A stretch of DNA of 64,000 bases from Nitriliruptoraceae bacterium (GTDB taxonomy: Bacteria > Actinomycetota > Nitriliruptoria > Nitriliruptorales > Nitriliruptoraceae). The stretch lies in assembly GCA_007122985.1 (NCBI GenBank), contig SKSM01000067.1, positions 1,784 through 65,783 on the forward strand, in the 5' to 3' direction. Position numbers and translations under genes: made by a program. The notes below the pieces were generated by a model. The model saw only the letters and a program-made list of their open reading frames with translations. It was not told the DNA's origin and searched no databases. This document shows positions 1-9,265 of the stretch, piece by piece (position 1 is the stretch's first letter; each line of letters opens with the position of its first letter).

Positions 1-106
1 GTCCGATCGTGGTGTGGATCGGGTCGTGCTCGCGTATTCGCGCCCACATGCCGTGCGATTCGCCGCGCAGCGCCGGGTCCCAGATCGGATAGGTGGTGGT
101 CGACAT
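1..106 (-). CDS. 5' end of a CDS that continues past the left window edge; function not assignable
   Basis: Minus-strand ATG at 106-104 with a GGGAG-like SD just upstream. Reads MSTTTYPIWDPALRGESHGMWARIREHDPIHTTIG with G/C-rich third positions. Only 35 codons visible. Confidence 0.3.
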   Translation of the reverse strand, partial: MSTTTYPIWDPALRGESHGMWARIREHDPIHTTIG

Positions 107-231
107 GCCCGAGCTCCCGACGCCGTCGTCGTGACGACGCTAGTGGGGTGGGGCGCACCGCACACCGCACGGGGCCGTGCCACACGTCCAGAGGGCGACG
201 GCGTGGACCTCCGGAGCGGTACACGGGTGGG

Positions 232-2877
232 TCATGACCCGGGAACCAGCAGCAGCCGGTCTCGCGCCGCGCCGTCGGCCGCGTCACCGCTGAAGGCGAT
301 CGGGATGGTCTCGCCGTCGCGCCACGGTTCGGCCTGGTCGGTGTAGTGCGGGTGGAACGGGCGGCCCGACTGCCCGGTGAGGTGGATCCATCGGCCGGCA
401 TCGAGGTCGCCGAGGTCGAGCACCATGCGCATCGACGGCACCCAGATCACCTCGTAGCCGTTGGGCGCCCACCAGCCGGTGGCGTTGACGATGTCCGTGC
501 CGCCGCCGAGCTCCAGCGGCCCACGGTTGAACAGCGCCTCGACCGGCCCGATGCCCGAGGCGCCGAACGTGCCGTGGACCAGATCCAGGGTGTGCAGCTC
601 GCCCCAGGCCCAGTCGTCGGGGTCGCCGCCCAGCTCTTCGGTGAGCTCGTCGTGGGCGTCGGCCAGCGCGGCCCGCAGCTGATCGTCACGCACCTCGGTG
701 GTGTCGGTGGTGGGGTCGTCCCACCACACCGCGTCAGGCTCGTCGAGCAAACCGCGGACCACCTCCCACCAGCGTGCGCCGCCCGACGGCCAGGCGAACT
801 CGGGCAGATCGGCGTGGAAGGTGTGCACCAGCAGGTGGCGCCAGGTGGCGTTGAACGCGGCGGCAGCGGCCGAATCGGCGGCGTCCACGCGGTCCCAGTC
901 CGCCAGAAGCGTCTGCATGGTGGTCACGCGGTCGTCTCCCGCGGCATCGAGCTCGACGAGGAACGGCACGAGGGTGTCGGCGTTGGCGTTGTGCTCGTCG
1001 AGCTGCAGGTCGAGGAAGTCCCGGGGGGCGAACCGCTCGCGCTGCTCGAGCAGTTCGACGATGCGGGCGGCGCGGAAGCCGTAGTGGGCGTCCGCGGTGA
1101 GGAAGGGCAGCTGGCCGTCGGGCAGCACCGCCTGGTTGGCCGTCACGACGTAGCCGCGGTCGGGATCGACGATCCAGGGCAGCTCATCGAAGTCGAGGTA
1201 CCGGTCCCAGCCGTACTGGCCGGTCCAGCCGGGGACCGGCAGCGTCCCGTCGCCGGCGCGTCGGACCGGGATGCGGCCCGGTGCCTGGTAGCCGATGTGC
1301 CCCTCGACGTCCGCGTAGACCAGGTTCTGGCTGGGCACGGCGAAGTCCCGCGCCGCGTCACGGAACTCCGGCCAGTTCTGGGCCTGCATGAACGCCGGCA
1401 GCGCGTCCATGGTGTTGGCCGGCTCCAGCGCGACCCAGCGCAGCGCCACCGCGTGTTCCTGCGCCGGCTCGCCACCGGTGCCCGCCTCGCCGAGCGGGCC
1501 GTCGTCGATGCCGCTGCCGACGCCGCCAGCCACCTCGTCGGCCCCGTCCGAGACGTCGGAGAACAGCGGTCCATGCCGGGTCGCGCGCACGGTGACGTCG
1601 ACGTCGTCGCCGCCGGCCACGCGGATGGTCTCGGTGTGCTGCTCCAGCGGCTCCCAGCCGTCCTCGGTCAGGTAGCGGTCGTCCTCGATGCGCTCGACGA
1701 ACAGGTCGGCGACGTCCGCGCCCAGGTTGGTGAACCCCCATCCGATCGATGCGTTGTGCCCGATCACGATGCCGGGGACGCCCGAGAACGAGAAGCCGAC
1801 GTTGTGGAACGGACAGGCGTCGCTGACCGGTTCGCAGCGCAGCCCGACCTGATACCACAGCGACGGCTGCGACGGGCCGAGATGCGGATCGTTGGCCAGC
1901 AGGGCGGTGCCGGTCGTGGACCGTTCGGGGCCGACCACCCACGAATTGGATCCCAGGCCGCCACCCGCGCCGTCGCCGAGCAGCCGCGGCGCCCGCGACA
2001 GGGCCTGCTGGGCTGCGGCGAGCGTCGCGTCGACCTGTGTGCCGGCGGCCAGCGTGGGCCCGTCGTCGGACCGCGCGCCGGGTCGCGGGGATGGCGTCCC
2101 GGCACGCACATCGAGCTGGGCCGGGTCGCCCACGTCCGTGCCGGCCGGAACGAAGCGACCGTCGACGATCTCGCCGCCGTCAGGCAGGATCGGCGGGAAG
2201 CGGGTGTCGTCGAGCGGCGGGAACAGCTCGCGCCAGTCACGTTCGCCGGGCAGGTCGGTGACCTGCAGGCGGCCGCGTTGGAGCTCGTCCTCGAGGTTGG
2301 CACGCAGGTCCCAGGCCATCGCCTTGAGCCACGCGATCGAGTCGACTGGGCCCCACGGCTCGGGCTCATAGCCGCTCGGGCCCGCGAGGGGCAGCAGTGC
2401 GTGTTCCAGCGACAGCCGGCGGCCGGTGCGCCCCGCCATCCACGCGTTCACCCCCTCCGCGTACGCCTCGAGCATCGCGACCGTGTCGTCCTCGAGCAGC
2501 CCGAGCTCCTGCTCGGCGACCCGCCGCCAGCCGAGCGTGCGCACGAACCGGTCGGTGTCGACCTGGTCCTGCCCGAACAGCTCAGCGACCCGGCCGGCGG
2601 TCACGTGCCGGCGGAAGTCCATCTCCCAGAAGCGGTCCTGTGCATGCACGTAGCCCTGGGCGCGGAACAGGTCGTCGCTGGTGCTGGCGACGATCGTGGG
2701 CACACCGTGGTCGTCGCGCAGCACCTCGACGCTGTCGTCGAGCCCAGCGAGCACGTGTTCGCCGTCGGTCGTGGGAAAGCTCCCGCGGACGGCCATCACC
2801 CCGGTGACGGCCCCCGCGACCACGATCACGACGACCAGCCCCGCCACTGCGAGCAGCAGCCGTTTGCCCCACCCCAT
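232..2877 (-). CDS. penicillin acylase / Ntn-hydrolase family protein with N-terminal membrane anchor
   Basis: 881-aa ORF. Hydrophobic N-terminus LLLAVAGLVVVIVVAGAVTGV. Internal GGLGSNSWVVGP matches the Ser-nucleophile context of penicillin/AHL acylases. Size is typical of the family. Confidence 0.85.
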   Translation of the reverse strand: MGWGKRLLLAVAGLVVVIVVAGAVTGVMAVRGSFPTTDGEHVLAGLDDSVEVLRDDHGVPTIVASTSDDLFRAQGYVHAQDRFWEMDFRRHVTAGRVAELFGQDQVDTDRFVRTLGWRRVAEQELGLLEDDTVAMLEAYAEGVNAWMAGRTGRRLSLEHALLPLAGPSGYEPEPWGPVDSIAWLKAMAWDLRANLEDELQRGRLQVTDLPGERDWRELFPPLDDTRFPPILPDGGEIVDGRFVPAGTDVGDPAQLDVRAGTPSPRPGARSDDGPTLAAGTQVDATLAAAQQALSRAPRLLGDGAGGGLGSNSWVVGPERSTTGTALLANDPHLGPSQPSLWYQVGLRCEPVSDACPFHNVGFSFSGVPGIVIGHNASIGWGFTNLGADVADLFVERIEDDRYLTEDGWEPLEQHTETIRVAGGDDVDVTVRATRHGPLFSDVSDGADEVAGGVGSGIDDGPLGEAGTGGEPAQEHAVALRWVALEPANTMDALPAFMQAQNWPEFRDAARDFAVPSQNLVYADVEGHIGYQAPGRIPVRRAGDGTLPVPGWTGQYGWDRYLDFDELPWIVDPDRGYVVTANQAVLPDGQLPFLTADAHYGFRAARIVELLEQRERFAPRDFLDLQLDEHNANADTLVPFLVELDAAGDDRVTTMQTLLADWDRVDAADSAAAAAFNATWRHLLVHTFHADLPEFAWPSGGARWWEVVRGLLDEPDAVWWDDPTTDTTEVRDDQLRAALADAHDELTEELGGDPDDWAWGELHTLDLVHGTFGASGIGPVEALFNRGPLELGGGTDIVNATGWWAPNGYEVIWVPSMRMVLDLGDLDAGRWIHLTGQSGRPFHPHYTDQAEPWRDGETIPIAFSGDAADGAARDRLLLVPGS

Positions 2878-3040
2878 CGTGCGCTCCCGGTCGTGGTGGT
2901 GTCAGCAGTGGTGGCAGCAGTGGTGTCAGCAGCCGCGGACCGAGCCACCGTGGCGTCGCCCCAGTGGAGGGACGCACGCTAGCGAGCGGTGGGTAGCTGC
3001 GCTCGCGACGTCGCCGGTGTCGCCCCGTACGCTGGGGGCG

Positions 3041-4048
3041 ATGCAGTTCACCCTCGCCCACGGCACCGCCAACGACTTCGTCGTGCTGCCGGACACCGGC
3101 GACCAGCTCGTGCTGTCCGCCGAGCTGGCCCGGTCGTTGGCGGACCGACGGCGTGGTCTCGGCGGTGACGGGGTGATCCGCATCGGCGCGCCGCCGGACG
3201 ACCAGCCGTCGGCGCAGGCGTTCATGGACCACCGCAACGCCGACGGCTCGCATGCGCAGATGTGCGGCAACGGGGTGCGGGTGGTCGCCAAGCACCTCGT
3301 CGACCACGGCCTGGTGGCACCCGACCACGCCGACACCGTGCACGTCGCGACCCGCGGCGGCACCAAGACGGTCCGGATCGTCGCGCGCCACGACGACGGC
3401 ACCGTCGCAACCGTGGCGGTGGACATGGGCCCTCCGCAGTTCGAACCCGCCCGGGTGCCGTTCGTCGCCGCCGACCCCACGGCCGTGCGCCACGCCGTGG
3501 AGCTCGATCGTGCGGCGGCTGACGCGGCCGGACGCGACCACCTCGACGTCGAGGTGGTGTCGATGGGCAATCCTCACGCGGTCGTGACGGTCGGCTCGGT
3601 CGACACCGCCCCCGTCGAGGTCCTCGGACCGGCGCTCGAGCGGCACGAGCGGTTCCCCGACGGCGCCAACGTCGGCTTCGTCGAGGTGGTCGACGCCTCC
3701 ACCGTGCGTCTGCGGGTGTTCGAGCGCGGTGTCGGGGAGACCGCCGCCTGCGGCACCGGCGCCTGCGCGGCGGTGGTGGCCCTGCAGCGCAGCGGGACGG
3801 TCGGTGACCGCGTCGAGGTGAATCTGCCTGGCGGTGTCCTGACGGTCGAGCACGCCGACGGCGGGTCGGTCACCATGACCGGACCGGCGGTCGAGGTCGC
3901 GCACGGCCGGCTCACCGACCGTTGGCTCGCCGAGATCGGCGGGGCGCAGTCCGCCACATCCGGGGCCACCGCCGGTCCCGGTCCCGCCCCGGCAACGGCC
4001 GCACCGGCCGCTTCAGCCGCGAGCACTGCACCCAGCGGCAGCGCCTGA
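3041..4048 (+). CDS. dapF: diaminopimelate epimerase with Ala/Pro-rich C-terminal tail
   Basis: Starts at ATG 3041 inside the longer ORF 2681-4048. MQFTLAHGTANDFVVL N-terminus; both catalytic Cys contexts (MCGNGVR and ETAACGTGACAA); SMGNPHAV motif. Confidence 0.9.
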   Translation: MQFTLAHGTANDFVVLPDTGDQLVLSAELARSLADRRRGLGGDGVIRIGAPPDDQPSAQAFMDHRNADGSHAQMCGNGVRVVAKHLVDHGLVAPDHADTVHVATRGGTKTVRIVARHDDGTVATVAVDMGPPQFEPARVPFVAADPTAVRHAVELDRAAADAAGRDHLDVEVVSMGNPHAVVTVGSVDTAPVEVLGPALERHERFPDGANVGFVEVVDASTVRLRVFERGVGETAACGTGACAAVVALQRSGTVGDRVEVNLPGGVLTVEHADGGSVTMTGPAVEVAHGRLTDRWLAEIGGAQSATSGATAGPGPAPATAAPAASAASTAPSGSA

Positions 4049-4081
4049 GCCGCTGGTCACACCCACGACGCGGAGGCTGCT

Positions 4082-5542
4082 CTGAGCACCACCCACGGCC
4101 CCCAACCGCATCCGACCCCGTCACCGGACGACGGTGGACCGAGCCGGGCGGAGCTGCGCCGACGCCGGCGCGCGGTCATCGAGGAGGGCGCTCCGCGTGA
4201 AGGCGTCGACATCATCCGTCCGGTCGAGCGGGCGGTGATCGTCGGCGTCCAGCTGCCGGGCCGGACCGCGGCGGATGTGGATGCTTCGCTCGACGAGTTG
4301 ACCGCGCTGCTCGACACGGCCGGTGCCGAGGTCGTCGACCGCGTCGTGCAGCGGCGCGACGCACCGGACGCGGCCACCTACATCGGTGGCGGCAAGGTCG
4401 ACGAGCTCGCCGAGGTCGTGACCGCCGTCGGCGCGGACGCGGTGGTGTTCGACGACGATCTGTCACCGGCGCAGCAACGCACGCTCGAGGAGCGGGTCGG
4501 CCAGAAGGTGCTCGACCGCACCATCGTCATCCTCGACATCTTCGCCCAGCATGCCACCTCGAAGGAGGGCAAGGCGCAGGTCGAGCTCGCCCAGCTGACC
4601 TACCTGCTGCCGCGTCTGCGCGGCTGGGGGACCGCCCTGTCACGGCAGGCCGGTGGTCGCGCCGCCGGCGGTGTCGGCATCGGCGGTCGCGGGCCGGGGG
4701 AGACCCAGCTGGAGGTCGACCGGCGGCGGATCATGCGCCGGATCGCCAAGCTGCGTCGCGACCTGCAGTCCTACGCGCAGATCCGCGAGACCAAGGCCAA
4801 CGAGCGCGAGCGCAACCAGGTCCAGGTCGCTGCGCTCGTTGGCTACACCAACGCCGGCAAGTCGTCGCTGCTCAACGCCCTGACCGGCGCGGACGTGCGG
4901 GTCGAGGACAAGCTGTTTGCGACCCTGGACCCGACCGTACGGCAGCTCCCGCTCGACGACGGTCGGCACATCGTGGTCACCGACACCGTCGGGTTCATCG
5001 CGAAGCTGCCGCACGGTCTCGTCGAGGCGTTCACCTCGACCCTGGAGGAGTCGACCCGGGCCGACCTGCTCCTGCACGTGGTCGACGCCGCCCACCCGGA
5101 GGCCGAGGCACAGATCCTCGCCGTGCGTGAGGTGCTCGATGAGATCGGCGCCGGCCACCGGCCGGATCAGCTGGTCTTCAACAAGATCGACGACGTCGAC
5201 CGCGCCACCGTCGACGCGCTCGTCCGCCGGGTGCAGGTGGAGCTCGGCGCCGATCCGGTGCTGGTCTCCGCCCACACCGGCGAGGGGCTCGACGACCTCG
5301 TGGACCGGATCCGGCACCGGCTGCCTGGTACCCGCTACCGGGTGTCGGGGCACGTGCCATACGCCCGGCAGGACCTCGTGGCGCTCGCCCACCGCTCTGG
5401 GTCGGTGCTCGAGGAGGGGCACGACGCCACGGGCACCACCCTGGTGGCCGACGTGGACAAGGACGCCGCGCTCGAGCTACGCGACTACCTCGACGAGGAT
5501 CCGTTCGCCGCCGAGCCCGAGCCGTGGGAGCGGGGCGGCTAG
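4082..5542 (+). CDS. hflX: GTPase HflX (start probably a non-canonical CTG)
   Basis: G1 GYTNAGKSSLLNALTG, G3 DTVGF, G4 NKID. The conserved N-terminal region (RAELRRRRRAV...VERAVIVGV) lies upstream of the first ATG/GTG/TTG (GTG 4235). The only in-frame candidate is CTG 4082, 5 nt after GGAGG (4072-4076). Confidence 0.8.
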   Translation: MSTTHGPQPHPTPSPDDGGPSRAELRRRRRAVIEEGAPREGVDIIRPVERAVIVGVQLPGRTAADVDASLDELTALLDTAGAEVVDRVVQRRDAPDAATYIGGGKVDELAEVVTAVGADAVVFDDDLSPAQQRTLEERVGQKVLDRTIVILDIFAQHATSKEGKAQVELAQLTYLLPRLRGWGTALSRQAGGRAAGGVGIGGRGPGETQLEVDRRRIMRRIAKLRRDLQSYAQIRETKANERERNQVQVAALVGYTNAGKSSLLNALTGADVRVEDKLFATLDPTVRQLPLDDGRHIVVTDTVGFIAKLPHGLVEAFTSTLEESTRADLLLHVVDAAHPEAEAQILAVREVLDEIGAGHRPDQLVFNKIDDVDRATVDALVRRVQVELGADPVLVSAHTGEGLDDLVDRIRHRLPGTRYRVSGHVPYARQDLVALAHRSGSVLEEGHDATGTTLVADVDKDAALELRDYLDEDPFAAEPEPWERGG

Positions 5543-5573
5543 GGTCTGTCCGGCAACGGCCAAGGAGCGGGGG

Positions 5574-7169
5574 ATGGGCAGGTTGCCGAACGAAGACGTC
5601 AGGCTGCTCGGGCTGGCCGAAGCCAGCCGTCGCCTCGCCGTCGTCACCGGCCGGGAGCAGCTCTACCCGCTGGCCGGCCGACTGGCCCTGGACGTGCTCG
5701 CCGCGAGCAGCGCGTCGATCGCACGGCTCGAGCGTGACCGCGGCCTGGTCCGGGTGTTGCGCAACGTCGGCGAGCTCGCCGACGGGGAGCACGAGCAGCC
5801 GGTCGACGAGGTCTACCGGCTCGCAGACTGTCCGGAGCTGGCGGCAGCCGCCGAGGACGCACGCCCCCGCTACGGCCACGTCGACGATCCGCAGACCGGC
5901 GCGGCCCACCAGCAGCGGCTGCGCGCGAAGGGCATGCACAGCTCGATCTCGGTCCCGATCGTGCTCGCAGGCGCGGTCTGGGGTGAGCTGAGCGTGGCGC
6001 GCACCGCCACGCTCCCACCGTTCTCCCGGGCCGACGCTGCCGCCGCCGAGGCACTCGGCGGCCTGGTTGCCGCGGCGCTGATGCGCCTGCAGGACGTGCG
6101 CGAGCTCCACGAGCTCGCCCACCACGATGCGCTCACCGGGCTCGGCAGCCGCCGCGCGGTGGACAAGCACCTCGAGCGGCTCTTCACACCACCTGGGCCG
6201 GCACGTCCGGTGGCGGCGGTCATCTGCGACGTCGACGGGCTCAAGGCGGTCAACGACCGGTTCGGTCACGACGCCGGGGACCAGCTGCTGCGCGAGGTCG
6301 CGGCGTCGCTGTCGCTGCTTGCCAGCCGCCACCCCGACACGCTGGCCGTGCGGCTCGGCGGCGACGAGTTCTGCCTGGTGCTCGAAGGCCTGAGCGATGC
6401 CGAGGTCGCCGAGGTGGGTGACCAGCTCACCGCGTCCGCAGCGCAGCTGCCGCACGGTGCCGGCCTGTCGTGCGGGTGGGCCCGGGTGACCGGCCGTCCG
6501 GGGGAGGCGCCCACACCGGCCGCTGCGGCACAGGCCCTGTTGCGGCTGGCCGACGCCGCTCGGTACCGCGCGAAGCGGGCCGGACGGTCGTCGGCGACCG
6601 TCTCGACGGCGGCTGCGGTGGAGCCGGGCGCGGTGCAGCGTGGGTTGGCCCGCACGGCAGTGGCTGCGCTTCGAGCTGCCGACCCCTCGGTCGAGGCCCG
6701 CCTCGCGGCGGTGACCGCGGTTGCGGCGGAGCAGCTCCACGCTGGTGCCTGGGGCGTCTCGCGACGGTGCGGCGAGGGACCCATGCAGGTCGTGGCGCGT
6801 GATGCACAGCGTGGCGTCAGCCTCACGCCGAACCCCATGTGGGCCCAGGGCGTCGAGGTCGACGTCGCCGACTACCCCGACAGCCTCGCTGCGCTCGAGG
6901 GTGGCAGCTTCCATGCGACCATGGCGGACGGGGAGGTGTCCGAGCGCGAGTTCCTGGCCGGTTTCGGCTGCGACGAGGTCATCGCCGCCGGTGTGCGCAG
7001 TGACCCGCAGACGGCATGGCTGGTCGAGATCTACGGCGATGCCGTGACCGCGCCGCTGGGCCCGCACGAGGGGCTGCTCCGCGTGCTCGTGGAGCTGGCC
7101 GCAGCCGCGCCTGCGCCGGTGCCGCCGGCGCCCGACGCGTCCCTCGCTGCGCTACGCGTCACGCTGTGA
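5574..7169 (+). CDS. GAF-GGDEF diguanylate cyclase with extra C-terminal GAF-like region
   Basis: ATG 5574 preceded by AAGGAG. GAF-like N-terminal part; GGDEF domain with HDALTGLGSRR and RLGGDEFCLV. The ~190-aa C-terminal region has no assignment. The upstream part of ORF 4917-7169 overlaps hflX and is rejected. Confidence 0.85.
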   Translation: MGRLPNEDVRLLGLAEASRRLAVVTGREQLYPLAGRLALDVLAASSASIARLERDRGLVRVLRNVGELADGEHEQPVDEVYRLADCPELAAAAEDARPRYGHVDDPQTGAAHQQRLRAKGMHSSISVPIVLAGAVWGELSVARTATLPPFSRADAAAAEALGGLVAAALMRLQDVRELHELAHHDALTGLGSRRAVDKHLERLFTPPGPARPVAAVICDVDGLKAVNDRFGHDAGDQLLREVAASLSLLASRHPDTLAVRLGGDEFCLVLEGLSDAEVAEVGDQLTASAAQLPHGAGLSCGWARVTGRPGEAPTPAAAAQALLRLADAARYRAKRAGRSSATVSTAAAVEPGAVQRGLARTAVAALRAADPSVEARLAAVTAVAAEQLHAGAWGVSRRCGEGPMQVVARDAQRGVSLTPNPMWAQGVEVDVADYPDSLAALEGGSFHATMADGEVSEREFLAGFGCDEVIAAGVRSDPQTAWLVEIYGDAVTAPLGPHEGLLRVLVELAAAAPAPVPPAPDASLAALRVTL

Positions 7170-7175
7170 GCACCT

Positions 7176-7943
7176 TCAGCGCACGCTGCGCAGGACCGTG
7201 ACGACCTTGCCCATGATCGTCGCGTCCTGATCGGAGGCGACCGGGATCGGCTCGTAGCGCTCGTTCGCGGGGTCGAGGAACACCTCGCCGCGACGGGTGC
7301 GGCGGAAGAACTTCACCGTGGCCTCACCGTCGATCAGCGCCGCACACATCTCGCCCTGCTCCACGCTGGGCTGTGCCCGCACGACCACGAGATCGCCGTC
7401 GAGCACCCCCGCCTCGAGCATCGACTCGCCACGGATGCGCAGCATGAACAACTGGCCGTCGCCGACGAGCTCCTCGGGCAGCTGATAGACCGCGTCGACG
7501 CGCTCCTCGGCCAGGATCGGCCCACCCGCGGCGATTTCGCCCACGAGCGGCACGTTACGGGCCGGCGTCGGGCGCAACTCGAGGGCGGTCTCCGGATCGC
7601 GGCCGAGCTCGAGCGCCCGGGGCTTGGTGGGGTCGCGCTTGAGGTAGCCCTTCCTGGCCAATGCCTCGAGCTGGCCGTGCACCGAGGAGGGTGACTTCAG
7701 CCCGACGGCGTCGCCGATCTCGCGCACCGACGGCGGGTAGCCGTGCTCGGCCACGTGCGCGTGGATGACCTCGAGGATCGCCCGTTGACGCTCGGTCAGG
7801 TCGCTGGCGGCGGCCAGGGTCGTGACGTTGACCGGATCCCCGGCCGGCTCGGTCGAAGCGGTGGCCGCGGCTGGCTCGGGCATCGGGGTGGTCGACGCGG
7901 TGGTGGACGGCTCGCTCGGGGGGAGGGGACGGTCGGCGCTCAC
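7176..7943 (-). CDS. lexA: LexA repressor (SOS regulator) with ~45-aa low-complexity N-terminal extension
   Basis: [52 protein letters not shown] winged-helix region. C-terminal S24 peptidase part (GESM...VVVR...GKV). GTG 7943 preceded by AAGGAG. Confidence 0.95.
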   Translation of the reverse strand: MSADRPLPPSEPSTTASTTPMPEPAAATASTEPAGDPVNVTTLAAASDLTERQRAILEVIHAHVAEHGYPPSVREIGDAVGLKSPSSVHGQLEALARKGYLKRDPTKPRALELGRDPETALELRPTPARNVPLVGEIAAGGPILAEERVDAVYQLPEELVGDGQLFMLRIRGESMLEAGVLDGDLVVVRAQPSVEQGEMCAALIDGEATVKFFRRTRRGEVFLDPANERYEPIPVASDQDATIMGKVVTVLRSVR

Positions 7944-7977
7944 GGGAGTCTCCTTGGCTGGCTGATCCGGCGGGAAC

Positions 7978-7991
7978 CGAACCTGCGTTCG
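7978..7991. promoter_or_regulatory. SOS (LexA) box CGAACCTGCGTTCG
   Basis: Matches the GAAC-N4-GTTC core of the actinobacterial/Gram-positive LexA operator. Lies ~35 nt upstream of the lexA start. Confidence 0.7.
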
Positions 7992-8020
7992 CGGACGCTA
8001 GCACGCAGACGCCGTGATCG

Positions 8021-8034
8021 CGAACACCCGTTCG
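8021..8034. promoter_or_regulatory. SOS (LexA) box CGAACACCCGTTCG
   Basis: GAAC-N4-GTTC palindrome in the lexA / LysM-gene divergent intergenic region. Confidence 0.7.
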
Positions 8035-8051
8035 CATCCGTGCTTGACCCG

Positions 8052-8065
8052 GGAACACCCGTTCG
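8052..8065. promoter_or_regulatory. SOS (LexA) box GGAACACCCGTTCG
   Basis: Same 13-mer GAACACCCGTTCG as the box at 8021. Confidence 0.65.
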
Positions 8066-8078
8066 GTTCACTGACGCA

Positions 8079-8092
8079 CGAACGGGTGTTCG
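8079..8092. promoter_or_regulatory. SOS (LexA) box CGAACGGGTGTTCG
   Basis: Exact reverse complement of the 13-mer in the two preceding boxes. Lies ~70-100 nt upstream of the LysM gene. Confidence 0.7.
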
Positions 8093-8162
8093 CAGTGTCA
8101 CACCCCCGACGTAACGTCATCCATGCACGCGCCCTGCGATTCCCCGAACCGCGCGTGCGAGC

Positions 8163-8615
8163 TTGCCCCACCCGCCCACTGCGTCAGGATCGACCGTGAC
8201 CACCACCCCGGCCACGTCAGCCACCCGGGCCAGCGCGTCGACGACCACGGTTGCGCTGCGGCAGGTCCCCGAGCCGTCGTCGTCCGACGCCCCGCCGAGC
8301 CGGCGACCCGGCAGCGGGCCCACCGCATCCCGGGCGACTTACCGTCGCCGTCGGATCGTGGTGGTCACCGCACTGCTGCTGCTCGTGCTCCTGGCGGGTG
8401 TCGTGCTCGGTCGCGTGACCGCGCAGGCGCAGCTCGAGGATCCGATCGCGGGTCAGCACGTGGTCGAGCCCGGCCAGACGCTCTGGCAGGTGGCCGTCGA
8501 CACTGCGCCGGACGGCGTGGACCCACGCCGCCAACTGCATGAGCTGCGGCAGCTCAATGACGTCGACGGTGGGCACGTGGAGGCCTGGACGGTGCTGCAG
8601 ATCCCTGCCTGGTGA
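8163..8615 (+). CDS. LysM-domain membrane protein, ChiZ-like (putative SOS-induced cell-division/cell-wall protein)
   Basis: Disordered Arg/Ser/Pro-rich N-terminus, one TM helix (IVVVTALLLLVLLAGVVLG) and a C-terminal LysM-like segment (HVVEPGQTLWQVAV...LNDVDGGHVEAWTVLQIP). Position between lexA and nrdR mirrors M. tuberculosis Rv2720-Rv2719c-Rv2718c. Start uncertain (TTG 8163 or GTG 8196). Confidence 0.7.
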   Translation: MPHPPTASGSTVTTTPATSATRASASTTTVALRQVPEPSSSDAPPSRRPGSGPTASRATYRRRRIVVVTALLLLVLLAGVVLGRVTAQAQLEDPIAGQHVVEPGQTLWQVAVDTAPDGVDPRRQLHELRQLNDVDGGHVEAWTVLQIPAW

Positions 8616-8632
8616 CACGCCTCGCGCCGCCC

Positions 8633-9100
8633 TCACGCGGACTTGGGCGGCTCCTCCTTGCGCAGACTCGACAGCTCCTGCTCGAAGTCCTCGGGGCCCT
8701 GGAAGTCCTTGTACACGCTGGCGAAGAGCACGTAGGCCACCTGATCGAGCTCCCGCAGCCGCATCAGCACCTGCAGGCCGACCTGCTCGGAGGTGACCTC
8801 GCGCTGACCGGAGGCCCGAAGCGCGTTCTCCACCTCGGCGGCGGCTGACTCGAGCACGTCGGGCTCGAGCCGGCCCTTGCCCGCGCGGGCCATGCCGTCG
8901 ACCACCTTCGCCCGTGAGAACGGGACGACCGCGCCGGAGCGTTTGACGACGAGCAGCTCCGGCTGCTCCACCCGCTCGAAGGTGGTGAAGCGCAGTCCGC
9001 AGGCACGACACTCCCGTCGCCGGCGGATGGCGTCGCCGGAGGAGGAGGGCCGGCTGTCGACGACCCGATCGTCGTCGGCACCGCAGCTCGGGCAGCGCAC
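8633..9100 (-). CDS. nrdR: transcriptional repressor NrdR
   Basis: MRCPSCGADDDRVVDSR...CRACGLRFTTFE zinc ribbon followed by an ATP-cone. 155 aa. Confidence 0.95.
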   Translation of the reverse strand: MRCPSCGADDDRVVDSRPSSSGDAIRRRRECRACGLRFTTFERVEQPELLVVKRSGAVVPFSRAKVVDGMARAGKGRLEPDVLESAAAEVENALRASGQREVTSEQVGLQVLMRLRELDQVAYVLFASVYKDFQGPEDFEQELSSLRKEEPPKSA

Positions 9101-9265
9101 GCTGGTCTCCTCAAACTCGCGGGTTTGGTCCCGGCCCGCGGCCGCGGACGGGCTGACCGGGGCCCGTCTGCGGCTGACCGTACGGCCGCCGCCGACGGGA
9201 GGCGAGCACCCTCGGTCGGCACGGACATCACGGCTGCGGCGGTTCGGCGGCTAGGGTCTGCGCCC

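Noticed and set aside
346-2982. 878-aa plus-strand ORF covering the whole acylase locus
   Set aside because: Antisense shadow of the 232-2877 gene in very G/C-rich DNA. The product is Arg/Gly/Val/Pro-rich low complexity with no recognisable motif, whereas the minus-strand product has clear acylase features.
4917-5573. Upstream extension of the GGDEF ORF (4917-7169), and the 629-aa antisense ORF 5178-7067
   Set aside because: The extension overlaps the well-supported hflX frame. ATG 5574 with an AAGGAG SD gives a normal GAF-GGDEF protein. The antisense ORF is Arg-rich shadow sequence.
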